Assembly (NCBI GenBank): GCA_965247685.1 | Contig: OZ252021.1 | Span: forward strand, 1,050,001 to 1,082,000 | Source: Bdellovibrionales bacterium | Lineage (GTDB): Bacteria > Bdellovibrionota > Bdellovibrionia > Bdellovibrionales > UBA1609 | Length of the DNA stretch: 32,000 bases | Direction of reading: 5' to 3' | Made by a program: the position numbers and the translations under genes | Shown here: positions 24,802 to 32,000 of the stretch, piece after piece | Layout: each line of letters starts with the position of its first letter | Position numbering within the stretch: position 1 is the stretch's first letter | Notes under the pieces: generated by a model | Database searches by the model: none | Told to the model about the DNA's origin: nothing | The model's input: the letters and a program-made list of their open reading frames with translations, nothing else

Positions 24802-27780
24802 ATGGAAGATAAAGATAAGAAAAATAAATATTGGATGAGTTTGGAGCAATGGAGAGAAGAAAGGTCTTTTAAAGATTTGGCTCAGTCTGAATTTGTGACC
24901 CCTCCTTTTGAACCAGAAAGCGGAGAATGGGATCGTAGAGAATTTTTAAAGCTCATGGGTGCTAGTTTAGCTTTAACTTCCTTAAGTTGTCTGAGAAGAC
25001 CCGCTGAGACTATTATTCCTCATGTGATCCGTCCTGAGGATCAGGTTCCTGGAGTTTCGAATTACTATGCCTCTTCTTACTATGATGGTGGTGAAGGGTT
25101 TGGTCTCATTGTGCAGACAAGAGAGGGTCGTCCTATTAAAGTGGATGGTCATTCAAAACATCCGATCAATCGTGGTGGAATGTCGGCTCGTGCTCATGCT
25201 CATTTGTTGGAGCTTTATGATCCAGAAAGATTAAAAACTCCTTATAGAAATTTGTTCAATGAGAAAAAAACTAATAAAGAAACGATTCGTGCTTCTTTCG
25301 ATGAGTTGGATGCCGAAGTAGTGAATCAACTTCAGAGTGGAAAGACAGCGTTGCTTACGGATTATTTTCCATCACCTGCTTCCTTGGATATTATTCAGGA
25401 TTTTTCTAAAGCTTATGAAGTTTCTCATTTTGTATGGGATACAAAAGGTCTAGGAGCCTGCGCTCAGGCTCAAAAAGATAGTTTTCAAACATCTCGTATG
25501 ATTCCGAGTTATGATTTGAATCAGGCAGAGATGATTGTCTCTGTTCATTGTGATTTCTTGGGAACTTTTTTGTCTCCGACAGAGCATTTGAGAAAATTTT
25601 CTATATCACGAAAACCGAATAAAAAAATGAGCCGTTTAGTGGTGTTTGAGTCTTTGCTTTCTTTAACAGGGACTAATGCAGATACTCGTTATGTTGTTCG
25701 TCCTTCTGAGGGTGCAATGGTGTTGCTTACTATGATAGATGAAATTTTATCTGTGACGGGTCGCCTGCCAAATGTCAGAAAATCTTTAAGTTCCAAGAGG
25801 GTTTCTTTGAAAGAAGAAAAAGCAATTCGTGAGACAGCCCGTGAACTTTTAAAACATAAAGGTCGAGGTGTGGTGCTAGCGGATTCCTCCAATGAGGAAA
25901 GTTATGAGGTTTATGTTCTAGCTAATTTTATTAATGATCTTTTGGAAAATGATCGGTTTGTTATTAATGACAAAAATCATTATACAGCTTGGAGTGAATC
26001 AAAACCTTCTGTAGATGCTTTAGTTTCACAGTTAGAAAGTGGAAAAATAAAAAATGTCATCATTCATCGTGTGAACCCTTTGTATTCTTATCCGAATATC
26101 GAGAGGCTGACTCAAGCTCTTCGTCAGGCTGAGTTGGTGATTTACACAGGAGATCGTATGGATGAGACGGCTCAGCTCAGTCATTATATTATTCCAGATC
26201 ACCATGATTTAGAAAAGTGGGGAGTTTGGGAATTTCAAAAAGGGTTATATAGTATTCAACAGCCCACGATTCGTCCTTTGATTGAGAGTCGAACATTTGA
26301 GGATAGTTTAATTGTTTGGGCTCGATTTGATTCTCGAGGTCCTAATCGTTTAAAAAATGCACATTCTTGGTATGAATACTTAAAAAAAGCTATGGCGCAA
26401 AAAGGTATTTCTTGGAAACATTTATTACAACATGGTTTTTACCAGAAACAAGTGCACTCAGTTTCAAAACAATCTTTTGATTTGTCATTACTGAGAAAAA
26501 TTAAAATTACAAAGCCATCTTCATTAAAAGATGGAAAGTGGGAGTTGGCACTCTATCAGACAGTAGGTTTAAGAGAGGGTCGTCTGGCTAATGTTTCATG
26601 GTTGCAGGAATTCCCCGATCCAGTGACAAAAATTTGCTGGGATAATTATCTTTGTATTTCTCCTTCAGATGCAAGGAGTCTTTCTGTGAGCGAAGGACAA
26701 GTGGTCCAAGTTCAAAGTACTCATATCATAGAAGTCCCTGTTCATATTCAGCCAGGTCAAAGTGCTGGAGTTTTAGGTTTAGCTTTAGGTTATGGAAGAA
26801 AGGGAGCTGGAGAAATAGCCAATGAAGTGGGTGTGAATGCCTATCCTTTTTTAAGAGATTCTTCTTTTGTTTCTTTAAAGATTACAAGAAAAAAACTTCC
26901 CTTAGCTGTTGTTCAAGGTCATCACTCCATGGAAGGCCGTCAGATTGTCGTGGAAACGACTTTGCAAAAATATTTAAAAAATCCTTCTTCGGGAATTCAT
27001 CGTCATAAAGTATTTAGTTTATGGTCAGAGCATAAATATCCTAACGAAAAATGGGGTATGGTGATTGATTTAAATTCTTGCACGGGTTGTGGTGCGTGCG
27101 TTGTTGCTTGTCAGTCCGAAAATAATATTCCAGTTGTGGGTAAAAAATACGTCCTTGAAGGAAGAGAGATGCACTGGATACGTATCGATCGTTACTACAA
27201 TGGTGAAGAAGATGATCTTCGAAGTGTAGTGCATCAACCTGTTGTGTGCATGCATTGTGATAATGCTCCTTGTGAAACAGTTTGTCCCGTTTCGGCTACG
27301 GTTCATAGTGATCAAGGAACAAATGATATGATTTATAATCGTTGTGTGGGAACAAGATATTGTTCAAATAACTGTCCTTACAAGGTGAGAAGATTTAACT
27401 GGTTTAATTATTCAGACAAACATAAGGGGAATTTAAAAGGAGCTTTAAATCCTGATGTGACCGTACGTTCTCGAGGTGTTATGGAGAAGTGTACTTTCTG
27501 TATTCATCGTGTTCGATCAAAGCAATTAAAGGCTCGTTTGGATGGAAAGATTTTAAAGGACGGAGATATACAAACAGCATGTCAGCAGTCTTGTCCTGCA
27601 CGAGCTATTGTTTTTGGAGATTTGAATGATAAAACATCTCAAGTGCATAAAGCATTTGAAGATAAAAATGCCTATTCTTTATTGGAAGAGTTAAATACAA
27701 AACCTTCTGTGAAATACAAAACAAAAATTAAAAACTGTGATAGTGATTATTTGGATCGTTCTTCTAAGGGACGTTCATGA
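24802..27780 (+). CDS. actB: Alternative complex III subunit ActB (molybdopterin-oxidoreductase-like domain fused to 4Fe-4S ferredoxin domain)
   Basis: Twin-arginine signal (WDRREFLKLMGASLALTS). A large MopB-like N-domain. The C-terminal Fe-S domain has CTGCGACVVACQSENNIP, CMHCDNAPCETVCPVSA, CVGTRYCSNNCPYKVRRFNW, CTFCIHRV and CQQSCPARAIVFGD. I chose the ATG at 24802 (GAAAGAGG upstream); the ATG at 24784 is an alternative. Confidence 0.9.
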   Translation: MEDKDKKNKYWMSLEQWREERSFKDLAQSEFVTPPFEPESGEWDRREFLKLMGASLALTSLSCLRRPAETIIPHVIRPEDQVPGVSNYYASSYYDGGEGFGLIVQTREGRPIKVDGHSKHPINRGGMSARAHAHLLELYDPERLKTPYRNLFNEKKTNKETIRASFDELDAEVVNQLQSGKTALLTDYFPSPASLDIIQDFSKAYEVSHFVWDTKGLGACAQAQKDSFQTSRMIPSYDLNQAEMIVSVHCDFLGTFLSPTEHLRKFSISRKPNKKMSRLVVFESLLSLTGTNADTRYVVRPSEGAMVLLTMIDEILSVTGRLPNVRKSLSSKRVSLKEEKAIRETARELLKHKGRGVVLADSSNEESYEVYVLANFINDLLENDRFVINDKNHYTAWSESKPSVDALVSQLESGKIKNVIIHRVNPLYSYPNIERLTQALRQAELVIYTGDRMDETAQLSHYIIPDHHDLEKWGVWEFQKGLYSIQQPTIRPLIESRTFEDSLIVWARFDSRGPNRLKNAHSWYEYLKKAMAQKGISWKHLLQHGFYQKQVHSVSKQSFDLSLLRKIKITKPSSLKDGKWELALYQTVGLREGRLANVSWLQEFPDPVTKICWDNYLCISPSDARSLSVSEGQVVQVQSTHIIEVPVHIQPGQSAGVLGLALGYGRKGAGEIANEVGVNAYPFLRDSSFVSLKITRKKLPLAVVQGHHSMEGRQIVVETTLQKYLKNPSSGIHRHKVFSLWSEHKYPNEKWGMVIDLNSCTGCGACVVACQSENNIPVVGKKYVLEGREMHWIRIDRYYNGEEDDLRSVVHQPVVCMHCDNAPCETVCPVSATVHSDQGTNDMIYNRCVGTRYCSNNCPYKVRRFNWFNYSDKHKGNLKGALNPDVTVRSRGVMEKCTFCIHRVRSKQLKARLDGKILKDGDIQTACQQSCPARAIVFGDLNDKTSQVHKAFEDKNAYSLLEELNTKPSVKYKTKIKNCDSDYLDRSSKGRS

Positions 27781-29171
27781 ATGAAACTCAAAAAGAATTA
27801 TTAAAAAGACCTCAGTTGATTGTAGGCCATAAAACTCTGAAAAAAATTTCGGATGATATCAGTTCTTTGACGGAGAAAGTACCTGGAGCTCGTTATTTTA
27901 TTGGGCTGCTTGCTTCTAAGACTTTACTTTTATTTTATCTTTTTGTGATGTCCACAATAGTTTTTGTGGGTATGGGTTTAATGGCTGTGAATCATCCTGT
28001 AGGTTGGGGTGTAGATATTATCAATTTGGTTTTTTGGATTGGTATTGGGCACGCCGGAACTTTAATTTCTGCTATCTTATTTTTATTTAGGCAGAAGTGG
28101 AGGACTTCCATTGCACGAACAGCTGAGGCGATGACCGTTTTTGCAGTAATGACAGCTGCTCTTTTTCCAATATTGCACACAGGTCGCCCTTGGTTGGCAT
28201 ACTGGCTGTTGCCTTACCCAAATCAAAGAGGACCTTTGTGGGTGAATTTTCGTTCTCCTTTAGTGTGGGATGTTTTTGCAATTTCGACTTATGCAACAGT
28301 GTCTATAGTTTTTTGGTATATAGGTATGGTTCCAGATTTAGCAACATTAAGAGATCGAGCAAAAAATAAAATTAGAAAATTTGTTTACGGTGCTTTATCT
28401 TTAGGCTGGAGGGGAACAGCTCGACACTGGAGTCATTATGAGATGACTTATATGCTTTTGGCAGCTTTATCTGCTCCACTGGTGCTGTCTGTTCATAGTG
28501 TGATTTCTTTTGACTTTGCAGCGGCAAGCCTTCCAGGTTGGCATACGACTATATTTCCCCCTTACTTTGTCGCTGGAGCAATTTTTTCCGGTTTTGGCAT
28601 GGTAGTGACTTTGATGTGTTTGGTTCGTGTCTTCGTGCCTCATTTTAAAGATTACATTACTTTGAATCATATGGAAGCAATGAACAAAATTATTATGCTG
28701 ACGAGTCTGCTTGTGGGTTATGCGTATCTATCAGAGTTGTTTATTGCTTGGTATTCTGGTTCTCCTTATGAGCAGTTTGCTTTTAAAAATCGGGTGACTG
28801 GACCTTACGGTTGGTCTTATTGGATTATGTTTTCGTGCAATGTGATCTTTCCTCAACTTTTTTGGATCAAAAAGTTTCGTCGATCTATTCCCGTGATGTT
28901 TGTTATTGCCATCTTGGTTAATGTGGGTATGTGGTTTGAAAGATATGTGATTGTTGTGACTTCTTTGCATCGAGATTTTTTACCTGCTAACTGGGGTGAT
29001 TTTAATATGACTTTTTATGATTTTGGTACGTTGATAGGAAGTTTTGGAATGTTTTTCACTTTATTTTTAATTTATATGAGGACTTTACCTGCGATTTCCA
29101 TTGCTGAGGTGAAACCTGTTGCACAAAGCTATGGACACTCCCATAGGAGCACGAATGAATCCAAAGATTAA
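27777..29171 (+). CDS. actC: Alternative complex III subunit ActC (NrfD/PsrC-like quinol-interacting membrane subunit)
   Basis: 464-aa polytopic membrane protein. ATGA overlap with the actB stop. NrfD-like segments (GWGVDIINLVFWIGIGHAGTLISAILF, PLVWDVFAISTY). The position after actB matches the ACIII operon order. Confidence 0.88.
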   Translation: MNETQKELLKRPQLIVGHKTLKKISDDISSLTEKVPGARYFIGLLASKTLLLFYLFVMSTIVFVGMGLMAVNHPVGWGVDIINLVFWIGIGHAGTLISAILFLFRQKWRTSIARTAEAMTVFAVMTAALFPILHTGRPWLAYWLLPYPNQRGPLWVNFRSPLVWDVFAISTYATVSIVFWYIGMVPDLATLRDRAKNKIRKFVYGALSLGWRGTARHWSHYEMTYMLLAALSAPLVLSVHSVISFDFAAASLPGWHTTIFPPYFVAGAIFSGFGMVVTLMCLVRVFVPHFKDYITLNHMEAMNKIIMLTSLLVGYAYLSELFIAWYSGSPYEQFAFKNRVTGPYGWSYWIMFSCNVIFPQLFWIKKFRRSIPVMFVIAILVNVGMWFERYVIVVTSLHRDFLPANWGDFNMTFYDFGTLIGSFGMFFTLFLIYMRTLPAISIAEVKPVAQSYGHSHRSTNESKD

Positions 29172-29703
29172 AAACTTTATTCAGATTTTGTTGAGAGATT
29201 CAGCTCCTCCTCAAGAGGTTGTTGCAGCTTTTTTTGACGATGAGAAATCTTTTTTGAAAGCAGCTCAAAAAATTCGGGATGTGAGGGGTGTGGATGCAAT
29301 TACCCCTTATCCTGTGCATGGCTTGGAAGAGATATTGAATATCAAAAAATCTTGGATTCCTTGGGTGACTTTTATTTTTGGTCTTTTAGGTTTGTTTGCA
29401 GGTTTGGCTTTAACATGGTATACCTCTGTGGTGAGTTGGCCTTTGGTGATTGGAGGGAAACCTTTTTTCTCTTTACCTGCTTTTATTCCTATTATTTTTG
29501 AGTGCACAATATTATTTGGTGCTTTAACAAGTGTGATAGCTCTTTTTTATGCTTGTGATTTACCTCGTATTAATCCTCCCATTTTGGATCCAGATTTAAC
29601 AAGCCATAAGTTTGCTTTGTTTTGTCCTTTGGATTCAGAGGGTGATATTAGAAAAACTTTTGATGAGTTAGAGTCGAATCAAGTTACAGTGGGGATTTTT
29701 TAA
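29155..29703 (+). CDS. actD: Alternative complex III subunit ActD (DUF3341-like)
   Basis: VVAAFFDDEKSFLKAAQKIRDVRGVDAITPYPVHGLEEIL followed by two TM helices. The ATG at 29155 with AGGAG 7 nt upstream is preferred over the 29119 start in the ORF track. Confidence 0.8.
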   Translation: MNPKIKNFIQILLRDSAPPQEVVAAFFDDEKSFLKAAQKIRDVRGVDAITPYPVHGLEEILNIKKSWIPWVTFIFGLLGLFAGLALTWYTSVVSWPLVIGGKPFFSLPAFIPIIFECTILFGALTSVIALFYACDLPRINPPILDPDLTSHKFALFCPLDSEGDIRKTFDELESNQVTVGIF

Positions 29704-30267
29704 ATGATGATATTAAAAATATTTATTATATATTTTTTAATCTTTTTTATCTTTTTTATCAGTGGAATTACAGGCTGTACGGCAGGAAAAGATCGTACGA
29801 ATGTGGAGTGGATTCAAAATATGATGAAGCAGCCTGCAATAAAAGCTCAAAGGAAAGAGGGAGATATAGGAGTGCGAACACCTCCTGAAGGTGCTTATGC
29901 TTTAAATAGGGAATATTACCCTTACAAGGATTCTTTGGAGGAAGCGATCAAGAATTTAAAAAATCCTTATCAGAATCAATACTCTGCAGATTTGCTTTTA
30001 ACAGGGAAAAAAAATTATCAAAAAGCTTGTATTTATTGTCATGGTGAAAAAGGAGACGGTCAAAGTGCAATGAAGAATACTATGATTGTTCTTCCTCCTT
30101 CTTTACTCACCAAGAAAGTGCGAGAAATGACGGATGCTCAAATGTATCATATTATTCATGAAGGTCAGGGTTTGATGGGTTCTTATCGCATGCAAGTGCG
30201 AAAGGATAAGGAACGTTGGGCTCTTATTAATTATATTCGTTCTTTACAAAAGGCGGCGCCTTTATGA
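29704..30267 (+). CDS. actE: Alternative complex III subunit ActE (monoheme cytochrome c, probable lipoprotein)
   Basis: Single CIYCHGEKGDG heme motif with a distal Met region (GQGLMGSYRM). Signal peptide ending in a lipobox-like ISGITGC. Confidence 0.8.
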   Translation: MMILKIFIIYFLIFFIFFISGITGCTAGKDRTNVEWIQNMMKQPAIKAQRKEGDIGVRTPPEGAYALNREYYPYKDSLEEAIKNLKNPYQNQYSADLLLTGKKNYQKACIYCHGEKGDGQSAMKNTMIVLPPSLLTKKVREMTDAQMYHIIHEGQGLMGSYRMQVRKDKERWALINYIRSLQKAAPL

Positions 30268-31436
30268 TTCAAAATAGACTGACTTTTCCAAATTATCTTA
30301 GAAAGTTGTGCTTTGTTTTTATGGGCACAGGTGGAGTGACTCTATTCGCCAGTTTATTTTTAACAGATCCTAGAAGAGCTGCATTTGCTTATCTTGTTCC
30401 CTTTGTTTATTTTTTATTCATTTCTCTGGGAGCTTTGTTTTTCTTATCCATTCAGTATGCGAGCAGTGCAGGTTGGAGTGTTAACATTCGTCGTTTGATA
30501 GAAAGTTTAACTCCCTATCTCATTTTTGCCTCCATTTTACTGGTGCCTTTAATCTATTATGGGCCTTATTTGTTTGAGTGGTTTCATAAGGATCACGTTT
30601 TACAAGATCCGATATTGAAGGGGAAAGCAGCTTATCTGAATATTCCGTTCTTCTTAATTCGATTGGCAGTGTTTTTTGGCGGATGGTTATTTTTTGCTCA
30701 TCAGTTTGTTCGTCTTTCTTCTTTGCAGGATCGAGATGGAGACGTTCGTTGGACACAAAAATTGGTTCGTTATTCTATCGCATTTTTATTCTTTTTTGTT
30801 ATATCGTTTTCTTTTTTAAGTGTAGATTTATTGATGAGTTTAGATGCTCATTGGTTTTCTACTATCTTTGGAGTATACACCTTTGCTGGAGCTTTTCAGT
30901 CTGTTTTAGCTGTTCTTATTTTAATGACTGTTTATTTTATTCCTCGTTCCGGTGGTCGTGTGAGCAGTGATCACTTGCATGATTTAGGAAAGTTTCTAAT
31001 GGGAATGACTTTATTTTGGGCTTATATTGCTTTTAGTCAGTATATGTTGATTTGGTATGCAAACCTTCCAGAGGAGACGACTTTTTACATTCCTCGATCT
31101 AAAGAGCCTTGGATGTGGGTCTCCTTGTCTTTGGTGGTGTTTAAGTTTGCAGTTCCATTTGTTTGTTTATTACCTCGCTGGGTCAAAAGACATTATAAGG
31201 CAGTGAGTGTGATTTGTATATTGATTTTGATTATGCAATATGTGGATGTTTACTGGCTGGTTTACCCTTCTTATTCGGAAGAAAAACTTTATTGGGGTTT
31301 GTTGGACATGGGATTTTTTATTGGGTTTTTGGGTGTGTTTGTCTATTCTATTGTGAGATTTTTTGGTAAATATTCAGCACTTCCTGAAAAAGATCCAAGA
31401 GGACATGAATCCGATGCTCATCATGTCACTTACTAG
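30264..31436 (+). CDS. actF: Alternative complex III subunit ActF (polytopic membrane subunit)
   Basis: 390-aa protein with about 9-10 TM helices. ATGA overlap with the actE stop. Last position of the actABCDEF order. Confidence 0.8.
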   Translation: MIQNRLTFPNYLRKLCFVFMGTGGVTLFASLFLTDPRRAAFAYLVPFVYFLFISLGALFFLSIQYASSAGWSVNIRRLIESLTPYLIFASILLVPLIYYGPYLFEWFHKDHVLQDPILKGKAAYLNIPFFLIRLAVFFGGWLFFAHQFVRLSSLQDRDGDVRWTQKLVRYSIAFLFFFVISFSFLSVDLLMSLDAHWFSTIFGVYTFAGAFQSVLAVLILMTVYFIPRSGGRVSSDHLHDLGKFLMGMTLFWAYIAFSQYMLIWYANLPEETTFYIPRSKEPWMWVSLSLVVFKFAVPFVCLLPRWVKRHYKAVSVICILILIMQYVDVYWLVYPSYSEEKLYWGLLDMGFFIGFLGVFVYSIVRFFGKYSALPEKDPRGHESDAHHVTY

Positions 31437-31471
31437 AGGTTGAGTTTCACATTTTGTACGGGAAAATAGAT

Positions 31472-32000
31472 ATGGATTTTAAAATTATTCCACAACTCGC
31501 TCAGAAGCTGAACCTCACTCCACAGATGCTTCAAACTATTGGATTGATGAGTCTTAATATTATCGAACTTGAAAAAGCTGTTCAGAATGAACTAGTCGAT
31601 AACCCCGTACTCGAGGAAAAAGGAGACACACTAGATGATCTCACTCCTTTTGAAGAGCAAGAAAAAGAATACTTAGAGTGGACTCAATACACAGCCACGA
31701 ACGTACAAAATATGTCTTCGAGAGAAACTCCTGAAAAATTTTACGAAAGACATATTCCAACTACAGAGAATTTAAGAGATCATTTGATTGAACAAATTAA
31801 TTACTCGGGTTTTAGTGCGGAAGAAGAAAAAATTCTTTATCAGTTCGTAAATGAGTTAGATGAAAGAGGTTATTTAACAACAGAATTACAAACATTAGCA
31901 AAAAAATGGAATGTTGATTTAAAGCTTCTTAAAGAATTACTTAAAGATATGCACGAGTTGGATCCGCCTGGAGTGGGATCTCGTGATGTTAAAGAATGCA
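31472..32000 (+). CDS. rpoN: RNA polymerase sigma-54 factor, 3'-truncated by the window edge
   Basis: Absent from the supplied ORF track. My own translation from the ATG at 31472 gives MDFKIIPQLAQKLNLTPQMLQTIGLMSLNIIELEKAVQNELVDNPVLEE...LRDHLIEQINYSGFSAEEEKILYQFVNELDERGYLT...MHELDPPGVGSRDVKEC. This matches RpoN region I and the core-binding region (L.LTPQL.Q.I.LL.L....L...I..EL..NP.LE ... LDP.GVG.R.L.EC). Confidence 0.9.
   Translation, partial: MDFKIIPQLAQKLNLTPQMLQTIGLMSLNIIELEKAVQNELVDNPVLEEKGDTLDDLTPFEEQEKEYLEWTQYTATNVQNMSSRETPEKFYERHIPTTENLRDHLIEQINYSGFSAEEEKILYQFVNELDERGYLTTELQTLAKKWNVDLKLLKELLKDMHELDPPGVGSRDVKEC

Noticed and set aside
1-32000. Looked for signs of a mobile or defence island: integrase, transposase, phage genes, restriction-modification, toxin-antitoxin, abortive-infection-like ATPase/nuclease pairs, flanking tRNA or direct repeats.
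   Set aside because: None was seen. The gene content is dominated by conserved housekeeping functions with tight, often overlapping gene junctions, and I saw no obvious compositional break apart from the local CTAG-rich segment.
1-32000. Looked for tRNA, rRNA, tmRNA, RNase P or SRP RNA genes in the intergenic gaps. The largest gaps are 5897-6162, 8218-8370, 15518-15677 and 18870-19018.
   Set aside because: All gaps are AT-rich and lack the GC-rich helices, cloverleaf-compatible stems or conserved boxes expected of these RNAs. A covariance-model scan would be needed to exclude small riboswitches or sRNAs.

Overview
This is a low-GC (by eye about 35-40% G+C), gene-dense and mostly housekeeping chromosomal segment from a diderm bacterium. 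The gene content is compatible with a Bdellovibrionota/Myxococcota-like lineage: alternative complex III, System II cytochrome c maturation, a membrane pyrophosphatase, CpaF/secretin genes, an AgmX/PglI-like C-terminal domain protein and sigma-54. That placement is only an impression and needs a database search. I support 31 coding regions. They are: a 5'-partial Cys-rich unknown; aspS; a translationally coupled secretin + CpaF-type ATPase pair; a 684-aa secreted coiled-coil/Gly-Phe-Pro repeat protein; 2-oxoacid dehydrogenase E1 alpha/beta; rpiB; glyA; secG; sufE; a non-canonical ribosomal-protein cluster (rpsR divergent from rpmB plus an L24-like KOW gene); and several small or membrane unknowns. 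From 15.7 kb to the window end there is a single plus-strand block: hppA, a second orphan CpaF-type ATPase, an unknown coiled-coil protein, eno, ccsB/ccsA, actABCDEF and the 5' part of rpoN (missing from the ORF track because it runs off the window). I saw no rRNA, tRNA, CRISPR, transposase, integrase, toxin-antitoxin or recognisable defence genes, so this does not look like a mobile or accessory island. There are three candidates for something undescribed. (1) The minimal secretin-ATPase module at 3.5-5.9 kb, divergently paired with the repeat protein at 6.2-8.2 kb. (2) The orphan CpaF ATPase plus unknown protein wedged between hppA and eno. (3) The rpsR / rpmB / L24-like cluster with Lys-rich tails. 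All three are hypotheses from sequence reading alone. The rest of the window is ordinary core metabolism and respiration.
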